From the IMG/VR virus record IMGVR_UViG_3300025635_000118, positions 1-29,884 of that record: a stretch of 29,884 bases of DNA. One strand, 5' to 3'. Positions 1 through 8,910 of this stretch are shown here, piece after piece (within the stretch, counting starts at the first letter, position 1; each line of letters starts with the position of its first letter). Position numbers and translations under genes: made by a program. The DNA is from a virus (taxonomy: Duplodnaviria > Caudoviricetes). Below the pieces are notes generated by a model, which was not told where the DNA came from, ran no database searches, and saw only the letters and a program-made list of their open reading frames with translations.

Positions 1-12
1 GTTTGCATTCAA

Positions 13-1002
13 TCAACACTTTTTTCCACCCATTCTTTTCTTACCTGCTGCAGCCATAGCTTGAAATTTAGATTTACCATATTTCTTACGACCGATAGAA
101 GCAGCAATAGCTTTAGCAGAATCTTCAGACTTTCCTTCTTTCTTCAATCCTGAAACCATCTCAGCAAATCTTCCACCACCACCTGGCTCCATTGATTTGG
201 CTCCACCTGTTTTTTTATTAATAGGATGCCCATTTTTATCAAAGCCTGTTTTCCCTTTAAGCTGTTGTCTAAAACTATCAGAAGCAGCTTTACTTGCTTT
301 CTTCATATATACATCAGCGACATTTTTATTTCCAAATTTAGCATTAGTAGCAGCAAGATCGTAGAATAATTCTTTATCTCTATTAAAATAGTCTGTACTG
401 TCTGCAGTTGGCGGTCCGGGTCTTTTTGCATCTTCACCGATAAGTTTTGCACGGCTTCTCAGGTCAGCTAAAGCTTCTTCAGCTGTCAGCTTTTTAGCTT
501 CTTCAGCTGTCAGCTTTTTTTTAGGATCATTAGTTTTAAAACCAGCATTTTTGTACTTTTTCACTCCACCCATTTTCATTTGTGGAGCTCCGAATGATAG
601 TTCTTTGTTTTCTACCATGAAAGATTCACCTTCTTTTTTGGCCTCTTTCATTACTTTTTTCTTAGAGGGTTTACCCCCTTTTTTATACATTGATTTCATG
701 ATTTCTGATTTATTATTGTTAGCTCCTCCAAATTTTCTGAAAGATTTAGTTTTCTCTTTAATTCCTTTAGGCTGAGATACAAATTGCTTTCCTTTGCTGT
801 TACCTTTTGCTTTAGCTTCATTGGTAGCCGCTTTCTCTCCTGAACTTAATGAATCCCATGCTGCTTCTGGTAAATAACGTTTTTTACCATTAGCTTTAAC
901 TTCTTTGCTAGAACCACGTTTTTTATTTGCATGAGTTCCAGAGGTCATCCATTTCTGGTCTGTCCAATTCTTTAAACTCTGCTGTGATTTAGCTAATCCC
1001 AT
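13..1002 (-). CDS. Lys/Gly-rich basic protein; N-terminus resembles the C-terminal half of DUF5872, followed by several xxGG motifs (putative virion cargo)
   Basis: 329-aa ORF; QSLKNWTDQKW...KRYLPEAAWDSLS...KGKQFVSQP matches recalled DUF5872 pattern; KFGG, KKGG, KMGG, KTGG, RMGG motifs. Confidence 0.6.
   Translation of the reverse strand: MGLAKSQQSLKNWTDQKWMTSGTHANKKRGSSKEVKANGKKRYLPEAAWDSLSSGEKAATNEAKAKGNSKGKQFVSQPKGIKEKTKSFRKFGGANNNKSEIMKSMYKKGGKPSKKKVMKEAKKEGESFMVENKELSFGAPQMKMGGVKKYKNAGFKTNDPKKKLTAEEAKKLTAEEALADLRSRAKLIGEDAKRPGPPTADSTDYFNRDKELFYDLAATNAKFGNKNVADVYMKKASKAASDSFRQQLKGKTGFDKNGHPINKKTGGAKSMEPGGGGRFAEMVSGLKKEGKSEDSAKAIAASIGRKKYGKSKFQAMAAAGKKRMGGKKC
472..519. repeat. Exact 24-bp tandem duplication (2 copies) encoding KKLTAEEA x2
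   Basis: agcttcttcagctgtcagcttttt at 472-495 and 496-519. Confidence 0.95.
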
Positions 1003-1229
1003 TACTTATATCCTCCTCCGTTAGCTTTATATTGTTTGGCTAAAAGTTGAGCTTTTCTAGCACTCCACTCCCCAGGATCTCCACCTTTTGAACCAGCTTT
1101 AATTCTGTTAAACAAAGACTTTCTCATGCCTGGCTTTGTATAGTTGCCAGCTTGATTTACTTTGGATTTGGTACCTCCAAACTTTAACTCTTTACTTTCT
1201 TCAATAAAAGATTCTTTATTCTTCTTCAT
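1002..1229 (-). CDS. Small basic protein resembling the N-terminal half of DUF5872
   Basis: YTKPGMRK...KGGDPGEWSARKAQLLAKQYKANGGGYK; TAATG stop/start overlap with the next gene at 1000-1004. Confidence 0.65.
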   Translation of the reverse strand: MKKNKESFIEESKELKFGGTKSKVNQAGNYTKPGMRKSLFNRIKAGSKGGDPGEWSARKAQLLAKQYKANGGGYK

Positions 1230-1440
1230 TTTCCTTTGTTTTTAAAAGTTGCCTTTCTTTTCTAGCTTTTAAAGCTCTTTCAATGTTGAACCAAATTAGG
1301 GTACCTCCACCGACTATTCCTATAATCCAACTAATGCTGTTGGTAAGCATAGCCCATGAGAAAGTTCCCCATATTACATTTAGCCCTATCCATTCTCCGT
1401 ATTCAGTCAACTTATTTGTATCAATGTTAAAGTTTGTCAT
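1216..1440 (-). CDS. Small membrane protein (holin-like topology)
   Basis: 74 aa, two hydrophobic segments and a charged C-terminal tail. Confidence 0.5.
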   Translation of the reverse strand: MTNFNIDTNKLTEYGEWIGLNVIWGTFSWAMLTNSISWIIGIVGGGTLIWFNIERALKARKERQLLKTKENEEE

Positions 1441-1460
1441 TTCAGTTTAAATTAAAGCAA

Positions 1461-1724
1461 TTAACTCCAGTTACTACAACTGCCACAGTTCCAGACTCTT
1501 AGTGATTTATTAATCCTTGAGTTAGGATCGTTAGCTGTTTTAGCTGATGTAAGTCTTCTCTTCATACCACACATACGTGAGCAGAATGAGTTTCTCCTTT
1601 TACCACCTTTTGGTTGAGGGGCTTGTAGGTTAGATCCAGGGTTATCTCTTTCGTAAGATTTTCTCCCCTTTTCATTTAATCCACCTTTTGGGTTTTTACC
1701 TGCTTTATTTTGCCAAGCTGCCAT
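1461..1724 (-). CDS. DUF6321-like small basic phage protein
   Basis: GKNPKGGLNEKGRKSY...RRNSFCSRMCG...DPNSRINKSLRVWNC pattern; promoter box 5 nt upstream. Confidence 0.65.
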   Translation of the reverse strand: MAAWQNKAGKNPKGGLNEKGRKSYERDNPGSNLQAPQPKGGKRRNSFCSRMCGMKRRLTSAKTANDPNSRINKSLRVWNCGSCSNWS

Positions 1725-1729
1725 GAGTA

Positions 1730-1737
1730 CAAAGTTA
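1730..1737 (-). promoter_or_regulatory. Bacteroidota -7 promoter box TAACTTTG
   Basis: Matches TAnnTTTG; 5 nt before the ATG at 1724. Confidence 0.65.
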
Positions 1738-1742
1738 ATTAA

Positions 1743-2456
1743 TTATTGTTCGTTTCCTCCAGTTTGTTGAGCAATTTGTGGAATATTTCCTCCGATATCT
1801 TGTAAACGGTCTGTACTAATATCTGAGAAAGTTCCTGCTAATAATCTTAATTCTCCTGACATCATTCCTTGAGTTACTCCTTGAACCATATCCATAGGCA
1901 TTGGAAACTCTGAATTACCTGTATAACAAGGCTGTCCTCCACAGTCTATAAACTCTGATACTTTTTCAGGATCTTCGAATATTCCTCTTACATTAACATA
2001 TTTAGCTCCTTTTGGGTTAAGTACATATAAGTAATCTTCAATCATATATGCCTTAGTTTGATTCTTAGTATACTTATCATATGGTATATAAGCTACTTCA
2101 AAAGGCTTAATCATTTGTATCCGTCCTGTACCTGTTACATCTCCGACATAAGTAATAGCTTCTTCGAAGTTAAATCTTACAGTTCTTGGGATAGGTTTCT
2201 TACTACGATAGGCTGGACAGTCAATATCAATATTGCAACATTTAGATAAATCTACTTGCTCTAATTCTACACATCTTAAGTCTTGTTCTAAGTGACGAGT
2301 TACTAGGCCGTTACGAGCATAGTCTCTTCTGATAAACACTGCACGATAGTGTTTGATATTGAATTTGATTTGATCAATAGAAATGTTCTCATCTTGTGAG
2401 CTTCGTCCACCTCTAAATGAATTCAATAAGTTGTATGCAATTTCGTCTAAAGTCAT
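1743..2456 (-). CDS. crAss-like tail ring (neck/tail barrel) protein
   Basis: 237 aa; MTLDEIAY..S.D..IS..QIKF..YRA.FI and C-terminal VRGIFEDP...FPMP resemble crAss-like ring proteins; position in tail module. Confidence 0.55.
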   Translation of the reverse strand: MTLDEIAYNLLNSFRGGRSSQDENISIDQIKFNIKHYRAVFIRRDYARNGLVTRHLEQDLRCVELEQVDLSKCCNIDIDCPAYRSKKPIPRTVRFNFEEAITYVGDVTGTGRIQMIKPFEVAYIPYDKYTKNQTKAYMIEDYLYVLNPKGAKYVNVRGIFEDPEKVSEFIDCGGQPCYTGNSEFPMPMDMVQGVTQGMMSGELRLLAGTFSDISTDRLQDIGGNIPQIAQQTGGNEQ

Positions 2457-2458
2457 CT

Positions 2459-3637
2459 TTATTTAACGTTACTTTGTAAATATCCATCTAATCCTTCGTC
2501 GTAGTTATAAATAAAACCTTGTGCAGCTCTTAGTGATTCGTAACCCATCATTTTATGCCAATCATCTGAAGCACATATTGATGGTACAACTCTTACCTTT
2601 ACTCCTCTAAATTCGTTTACTTGTTCTTTATGAAAATGCCCAACATGAGCTTCTCTATATAGACATCTAGCAAACATCTCTGGCTGTTCTGTAGCCATTA
2701 TTAGTGGTAGGTCTGCAAATTTTTCTTTATCTCCATGAGTATATAAAATCATATTTTTACCATACTCAAAATACTTACGTGAGGCAGGAGTATTATCTAC
2801 AGTGACGTTATCATCATTTCTATACCATCCTGCAAGAACATCTCCTGCATAGAACATTCTCTCGAAATCATGATTTCCCGGTACAACAATAATTTGTACG
2901 GGTGCATACTGCTTTAAATAATCTACAGCTTTAACAATTAGCTGCCAGTAACCTCTAAAGGTTGATCTCCAATGAAGTGTATCTTGTTGTGGAGTTCCTT
3001 TAGTAGTTGCCATTCTCATACCCTCAGAGTTCATACCGTCATTCCCTATTGGGAGAATAATTTTTTGTATATTCAACCCCTGAGCTTTATCCATTAAATC
3101 TTGGATAGTTTCTAAAAACTGAGTCTCCATTGCTTCTACACTCATGTCTGTTAACTTCCCATAATGAATATCAGGAAGTGAGATTTCATAAGCAATGTGC
3201 CCCCATTTTGATTTAGTACTGTTGTGATAGCTGTGTATCCCTATATATGTAGTAGGACTATAAGATGCTGCAAACTCTTCAATTTCCTCTTTGATATCAT
3301 CTGCATTTCTATCACTTTTAGTTACTACGGAGAATCTTTGTTCCCCTTTCATATTCTGCCAGTACTTAACAGAATTAATATTTGCAGGGTCTATGCCGTT
3401 ATTCTTGATGTACTCCTCAAACTCTGTTATTGTATTAGAGTTTTCATTAGACATCTCTAATTTAATTAGACTATTAGCCCTAGTTGTGTCTACTTTCTTA
3501 AGGGTTATTTTAACTGCTCTGATTGCAGCTGTAGCAGTTTGTAATGAAACGTTAAACTTTTTAGATACACGAGCAGGCCCGGCTTTTAAGTATCCAGGCT
3601 TCTGCTCTAATATCGATATAAGTTTTTGAAGTTTCAT
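2459..3637 (-). CDS. Calcineurin-like metallophosphoesterase with possible N-terminal DNA-binding extension
   Basis: All five motifs present: DIH, GND, GNHD, HGD, GHFH. Confidence 0.85.
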   Translation of the reverse strand: MKLQKLISILEQKPGYLKAGPARVSKKFNVSLQTATAAIRAVKITLKKVDTTRANSLIKLEMSNENSNTITEFEEYIKNNGIDPANINSVKYWQNMKGEQRFSVVTKSDRNADDIKEEIEEFAASYSPTTYIGIHSYHNSTKSKWGHIAYEISLPDIHYGKLTDMSVEAMETQFLETIQDLMDKAQGLNIQKIILPIGNDGMNSEGMRMATTKGTPQQDTLHWRSTFRGYWQLIVKAVDYLKQYAPVQIIVVPGNHDFERMFYAGDVLAGWYRNDDNVTVDNTPASRKYFEYGKNMILYTHGDKEKFADLPLIMATEQPEMFARCLYREAHVGHFHKEQVNEFRGVKVRVVPSICASDDWHKMMGYESLRAAQGFIYNYDEGLDGYLQSNVK

Positions 3638-4098
3638 TATCCTTCAGTTATCCATAGATTAAAAGTTGCAGTTATGATAATTATATCACTTACTGATGTT
3701 CCAGCACTGCTAAATGTTGTACGAACGTCTAATTTTAAATCTAGTATTTCAACTACCCATTCTGAAATAGTTGTCCCAAATGCACTATCTATCTCTGTTA
3801 TAATGTCTGGGATAAGTACTGCTAAGTTATCTATACCATCTTTACTTGTAATAGTACGAGGAGCTGCTGCACTTTTAATTGTTTTATATGCAATAGTCAT
3901 AGTATCATAACTAGGAAAAATTCCATAATTACCTAAATTTGAAGGTTTGAAAAAACCATTATTTAGATTTCCATAATTATTATAAGTAATACTATTTGAG
4001 TCTAACCAAAATGTTTTTAAAGAAGTTTTTTCAGTATTAACTTCTAGGTTAGTATTTATATTATTTAGAAGTACTTCTTCGTTAGTTTGAAAAGCCAT
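3637..4098 (-). CDS. Hypothetical protein
   Basis: 153-aa ORF in operon; TAATG overlap with the next gene. Confidence 0.7.
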   Translation of the reverse strand: MAFQTNEEVLLNNINTNLEVNTEKTSLKTFWLDSNSITYNNYGNLNNGFFKPSNLGNYGIFPSYDTMTIAYKTIKSAAAPRTITSKDGIDNLAVLIPDIITEIDSAFGTTISEWVVEILDLKLDVRTTFSSAGTSVSDIIIITATFNLWITEG

Positions 4099-4102
4099 TA
4101 TT

Positions 4103-4534
4103 TTAAGGATTTATTAGTTTAAATATCATTTCTAGTTGTTCTGCACTTAAACTTTCAGGTAGAATTTTTTCATTAATCATCTTAAGTTCTAGTGTAGCTT
4201 CTAGATCTAATTCTGCATTTACTTCGTCGAGTTGCTTTTTTCTAGCTTCTACAAGTTCTTTATTCTCTTCTTCAAAAGCTTTTAATCCTGCTTCATCTTC
4301 AGATTCAATAAACTTTTTTGCTTCGATAGCAAGCTCTATGAATTCTTGTGAAGGGGCTGCTTTTGCTTCTAATGCATCTAAATGATTTTTAATTACTTCA
4401 CAGTTCTTAATAACAATTAGTGCATACTTTACTCCTTTCTCTCCACGAGTTTCATGTAAAACTTTGTACATGTTTAAAAACTCTCTGTTCGTCGCTGTTA
4501 CATGTACTCCGTACTTTTCTGGTTGGTTTTGCAT
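4103..4534 (-). CDS. Helical/coiled-coil hypothetical protein downstream of fibre gene
   Basis: 143 aa, E/K/L-rich helical composition. Confidence 0.7.
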   Translation of the reverse strand: MQNQPEKYGVHVTATNREFLNMYKVLHETRGEKGVKYALIVIKNCEVIKNHLDALEAKAAPSQEFIELAIEAKKFIESEDEAGLKAFEEENKELVEARKKQLDEVNAELDLEATLELKMINEKILPESLSAEQLEMIFKLINP

Positions 4535-4551
4535 ATATATTTATTTTTGGT

Positions 4552-5730
4552 TTACTCTCCTGAAGCATATACTCTAATCCAGGCATCTACTCCGTTAATC
4601 TGAATTCTAATTGCTCCTGTCTTAGCAGCTGCTGAGGCAGTAGAACTAGATACAGAATTTGCAGATGCTGCACCTGAGGTTCCTACAAAGTTAGCTAAAG
4701 GTCCAGCAGATCCAGTAGCATTAATAACTGTTTTACCACCAGTACCAGAACCACTTGTTCCTGGGTCAAGCACTATGTTACCTCCAGTTCCAGAACCTGC
4801 TGCATCTCCTCCTGCAATTGTAACTATACCACCAGCACCTGTACCTGATGCTCCTCCACCTTCAAGAGAAGCTGCACCACCTGCTACGTTTGATACGTTA
4901 GCTGTTGATGCTGCTATACCCAAAGATGCAGGGGTTGATGATGTAGTCATTTCAATTCTTTGAGCTAATGACCCATTAAGAGCTATGCTTTGGTTTACGT
5001 TTAAATCGTATGTGTAAAAAGCTGTTGGAGTTGAGCTACCAACAAACACTCTACCAGCACTATTTACTGCAATACCTTCATTAGCACCATCCCCACTTAA
5101 CCATGAGAATCTGTAAATGTTGTATGTTGCGGCATCTAGATTTGCAGTTAAAGTAGATAAGTTAGCAGCAACTGTAATAGATCCTGCCCCATTAGTAATA
5201 GTTACGTTAGTTCCTGCAGTTAAATTAGCAAGCACTGGACTAAGACCTGTTCTTCCAATTACTAACTGACCATTTGTAGCTACCCCTAATGCTGATAAAG
5301 CTGATGTACCATTACCTAATATTAAACTATTAGCTGTTAGAGTTGCAGCTCCTGTACCTCCATTTGCAACTGGGAGAATGCCTGTAACATCTGTGGTTAA
5401 GTCTACAGATGATAAAAATCCTGCAGTAGCATTATCACAGTTTGCTAGGTTTATCAAAGATTCATTAACTTGTAGTGTAATGTTATTACTTGCAGTGGCA
5501 ACTGTTAATAATGAGTTTAATGACTTAATACCTTTGAAATTCAAAGTATTTTTATTTGTCACACTTACAAATAGTGCCTCACTACTTGTACCTAAAGTAG
5601 TCATTGTTGGAAAGAAATCTGATGCTAAAAACTTATAGTTTGTAGGTACAGATGAATTTGCAATTAACAAATAGTCATTTGCTGATACACTTGTTTTTGC
5701 TAATGTTGATAATGAGGTAATAGTTGCCAT
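4552..5730 (-). CDS. Tail fibre/spike protein
   Basis: G/S/T/A-rich; VTGILPVANGGTGA fibre motif; C-terminal GG-turn repeats and IRIQINGVDAWIRVY end. Confidence 0.7.
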   Translation of the reverse strand: MATITSLSTLAKTSVSANDYLLIANSSVPTNYKFLASDFFPTMTTLGTSSEALFVSVTNKNTLNFKGIKSLNSLLTVATASNNITLQVNESLINLANCDNATAGFLSSVDLTTDVTGILPVANGGTGAATLTANSLILGNGTSALSALGVATNGQLVIGRTGLSPVLANLTAGTNVTITNGAGSITVAANLSTLTANLDAATYNIYRFSWLSGDGANEGIAVNSAGRVFVGSSTPTAFYTYDLNVNQSIALNGSLAQRIEMTTSSTPASLGIAASTANVSNVAGGAASLEGGGASGTGAGGIVTIAGGDAAGSGTGGNIVLDPGTSGSGTGGKTVINATGSAGPLANFVGTSGAASANSVSSSTASAAAKTGAIRIQINGVDAWIRVYASGE

Positions 5731-6165
5731 TTATTGTAAGTTTATGTGTCCTCCTGATTCTAAAGTTATTTCTGTTGTTCCGTCTTCCTTATATAGATAA
5801 TATGTTGCAGCAGCTGGAGTAACTGGTGCAGGAGGATCTGAAACAATACAATCTCTACAAAGTCTATTGACAAAGTCAGTATAAACTTGTAGATGTGTTG
5901 TAGTATCTGTAGGGTCTACTACTCTTGGGTATACAATCCCAGCCATAGTTTGACCAGAGTATATGCAATCTAATGATGAGCCTTTATCGTATCTATTAAG
6001 TAGATATACGATAAGATCGAGTTTAAGAAGTTCTAAATTAGAACATTGAACACCTCCAGATATTTTATTATAATATGAGGTGCCTTTAGTGGCATAGCAA
6101 AGTTCGATAGAGTTTACAAACTCCTCGAAGTCTTGTCCATATATTGTTTCTGGTAGTAATCCCAT
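5731..6165 (-). CDS. Putative tail hub protein
   Basis: 144 aa with Cys residues (CRDC); abuts both neighbours; recalled synteny with crAss-like tail hub genes. Confidence 0.4.
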   Translation of the reverse strand: MGLLPETIYGQDFEEFVNSIELCYATKGTSYYNKISGGVQCSNLELLKLDLIVYLLNRYDKGSSLDCIYSGQTMAGIVYPRVVDPTDTTTHLQVYTDFVNRLCRDCIVSDPPAPVTPAAATYYLYKEDGTTEITLESGGHINLQ

Positions 6166-6639
6166 TTAGCAGCCACATGCACAAGAAGCTGTGCAGAATT
6201 CTTTTGCTTTGTTATACTTATTGATAGCGTCAGTGACATTATTATTAATAGCACTGTATAAAGCAGATTGAGAAAGTAGTCTCACCTTCTCTGCTGTACG
6301 TAAATCATCGTCACATTTATCACACTCACAAGTACAGTTAATAGCAGATGTAACTAAGCCTGCAATGCAGCAATCTAATTCACACATCCCAACAGCATAT
6401 TTTTCTATTCCTGTTGTTGGATATGAGATTGTAATAACACCATTAAATGTTTCTCCTGCAGTTGCAGAAGTTAACACCCATGTTCCAGATCCACCACTGT
6501 TAGTAACTGTGGCTAATACTTCTGTTTCTGTAATATTGTTCAGAAACTCTACATCTATATTTCCAGTTAATCCTGAAAATACTGTAGTGATTGTTTTACA
6601 ATCTTGTGAGATAGTTATTGAATCTATTGCTACTGGCAT
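6166..6639 (-). CDS. Cys-rich putative tail hub protein
   Basis: CELDCC, CTCECDKC and terminal CTASCACGC; follows the putative auxiliary capsid gene. Confidence 0.45.
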   Translation of the reverse strand: MPVAIDSITISQDCKTITTVFSGLTGNIDVEFLNNITETEVLATVTNSGGSGTWVLTSATAGETFNGVITISYPTTGIEKYAVGMCELDCCIAGLVTSAINCTCECDKCDDDLRTAEKVRLLSQSALYSAINNNVTDAINKYNKAKEFCTASCACGC

Positions 6640-6656
6640 GTCTTAGTTATTGAATG

Positions 6657-6664
6657 TAAAGATA
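6657..6664 (-). promoter_or_regulatory. Variant -7 box TATCTTTA
   Basis: One mismatch to TAnnTTTG; lies just past a terminator and 17 nt before the ATG at 6639. Confidence 0.4.
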
Positions 6665-6666
6665 TT

Positions 6667-6697
6667 AAAAAGTAGGGGATTTGACTCCCCTACTTTT
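6667..6697 (-). terminator. Intrinsic terminator, possibly bidirectional
   Basis: AAAAGTAGGGGA (6668-6679)/TCCCCTACTTTT (6686-6697), 6-nt loop, T-tract on both strands. Confidence 0.85.
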
Positions 6698-6710
6698 AAA
6701 TTAATTAATC

Positions 6711-7736
6711 TTAGAATACTAATTCAGTGTTAGTTACTCCCCAGTTAGCAGCAGAACCACCTAAGAATACAGTATCAGCAACTGTGTTAGCAGCTACTGC
6801 AACTTTACTGTAAATCTTAATAGTGTTCAATTCACCTGCACGAGCAATTCCAGTATCAGCTGGGTGATTGTGAGCATACTGAATTTCAACTACTTCGTAA
6901 GTATTTCCACTTTGAGCAAACTCTGGGAATGCAGTTGGGAAGTACATACGGTTGAAGTTACCATAACGAGAACGTTGAGATTTCTCATCAGATAAAGCTT
7001 GCCAGTAGTTACCACAACCTGCATCAAAGCCTGTTACTGTGAAACTTTGACCAGCTATAACTGGACCAGAACCATCAGAATAGTTAACAGTCAAGTCAAA
7101 TACAACTCCTGCATGACGAGCAGTGATGTCTACTGTAGAAGTGTTGTCAGTTGTGCTAAATAAAGCATTTAAAGTTTTATTAGCAGCAATTTTAGCAACA
7201 ATTTGATCGTACAATGTAGCTTCTGTTGAGTTGTGCTCAGTAGCAGATACTTCAATGTTAAAGATCATACGGCCAGCTGCAAAGTTACCGATCAATGGGA
7301 ATTCATATCCACCTCCTGAAAGGTCAACAGAAGTTCCATTTTGATAGTAGTTAGCATAAGCAGTAGGAGCAGTACGAAGTGCAATACGAACCATTACAGC
7401 TTTAGCAGCAGGGTTACCGTTAGAGTCATAACGAATGTTGTGACGAGTAGATGCAACATACTGAGTGTACTTAATTCTTTTAATGTCTTTAACATCAATG
7501 ATAGGAGAAGCAATTGGGTTAGTACCAGAAGGCATAGTTTGAACAATCTGGATAGGACCAGCAGCGGCCATCATAGATGTTGTCAAGTATGCATTGGTAG
7601 CTACATTCCATACTCCAATCAAGCTAGCATTTGCAGCAGCATTTTGAAGAAAGGTAGAACCGTCTAAGATAGTTCCGTTAGTAGTATCGGTAATGTCGTT
7701 AGCAACAAATACCTGATTTAGATTTTGAGGTGCCAT
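6711..7736 (-). CDS. Putative auxiliary capsid/structural protein
   Basis: 341 aa, A/T/N-rich; followed by a terminator; third gene after MCP, as in crAss-like head modules. Confidence 0.5.
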   Translation of the reverse strand: MAPQNLNQVFVANDITDTTNGTILDGSTFLQNAAANASLIGVWNVATNAYLTTSMMAAAGPIQIVQTMPSGTNPIASPIIDVKDIKRIKYTQYVASTRHNIRYDSNGNPAAKAVMVRIALRTAPTAYANYYQNGTSVDLSGGGYEFPLIGNFAAGRMIFNIEVSATEHNSTEATLYDQIVAKIAANKTLNALFSTTDNTSTVDITARHAGVVFDLTVNYSDGSGPVIAGQSFTVTGFDAGCGNYWQALSDEKSQRSRYGNFNRMYFPTAFPEFAQSGNTYEVVEIQYAHNHPADTGIARAGELNTIKIYSKVAVAANTVADTVFLGGSAANWGVTNTELVF

Positions 7737-7774
7737 TTTAATTTAAGTTTTAGGCAGTTAAACATTTATTTATT

Positions 7775-8899
7775 TTATTCACTCTCGAATGTTTCCATTG
7801 TCTGAGTTTGATACCTAGGGTCTTGTATACCCTCAAGTATGCTTTTAATAGTCATCTCTACAATTTCATTGTGAGTGTGTTCTGGAAGTTCACATCCCAC
7901 TCCGTTAGTTATAGAGATACTATCGGGTCTACGAATATACTTAATAGTAACTTCGGGGACCACAAATTCTTCATCCGTATGTAAATCAATATAGTTTTCT
8001 TCTATTGTATACAATGGGGTTCTATAATCAGTTCTGTTAAATGGGTCATCTAACATAACTATAATATCATCATGCTGTGCAAATTTACACAAACTTATCT
8101 TATGTACAGTGTTTGTACCAGATCTATAGGTTTTATTTATTGATCTGATGTAATCTCTTTCAACGTATACAGCTGTAGCCATATTTCCAGGTTGACACCA
8201 TATCTCTCTTATATATGATGCAGTTGAACTTAGGCTCCACCCAGATGGACTGTTTAAGTACAAGTGGTTGCTATTCAATACTGGACTAATATGCACAGTT
8301 GTCCCTAAAGAAGCTTGATCAGGGAACGATGTTGCTGGAGTTATACCAAAGTTATACGTTTCTGAATTAATTAAAGATTCGTATACAATCTCTTCCCCTA
8401 AAGGATTATTAGTTACTAATTCCCATAAAGAAGATGTTGAATTCCATCTTTCTACTCCTGTTAAAACATATCCATCTACAGGAGGAGTTAACTCAACTCT
8501 TACCATATTATATGAGATAGTATTTGAATCATATGTAGCTACGTCATTACATGCATAGTCTACATTACCTCTAACTGATACTAAAAATAAGTAATCTAAT
8601 GGAAAGGTATATCTATCTATAAAAATATCAGAATAGTTAGAGTTAAATGCTAATCCTTCATAATTAGTAAATCCTGTATGCTCTACTACTAATGTTCTAA
8701 GATCGTCAATACGTTTTTGAGACTGTTCAAATCCTTTCCCAAGACGGTTAGATGTGGAATTGTATCTCTGTTTTATGAACCTAATCATAGACAGATTTAA
8801 CTCATGATCAATCTCTTGAGGTAATAAGTTATCAACCTGAAAGGATGCAATTTTTTGCACCCCCAGGTTGACAGCTATATGCATTTCGTTAACAGTCAT
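7775..8899 (-). CDS. crAss-like tail ring protein with central insertion
   Basis: GFEQSQKRIDDLRTLV and C-terminal YIRRP...CELPEHTHNEIVEM motifs typical of crAss-like ring proteins. Confidence 0.6.
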   Translation of the reverse strand: MTVNEMHIAVNLGVQKIASFQVDNLLPQEIDHELNLSMIRFIKQRYNSTSNRLGKGFEQSQKRIDDLRTLVVEHTGFTNYEGLAFNSNYSDIFIDRYTFPLDYLFLVSVRGNVDYACNDVATYDSNTISYNMVRVELTPPVDGYVLTGVERWNSTSSLWELVTNNPLGEEIVYESLINSETYNFGITPATSFPDQASLGTTVHISPVLNSNHLYLNSPSGWSLSSTASYIREIWCQPGNMATAVYVERDYIRSINKTYRSGTNTVHKISLCKFAQHDDIIVMLDDPFNRTDYRTPLYTIEENYIDLHTDEEFVVPEVTIKYIRRPDSISITNGVGCELPEHTHNEIVEMTIKSILEGIQDPRYQTQTMETFESE

Positions 8900-8910
8900 T
8901 AACAGTTAGT

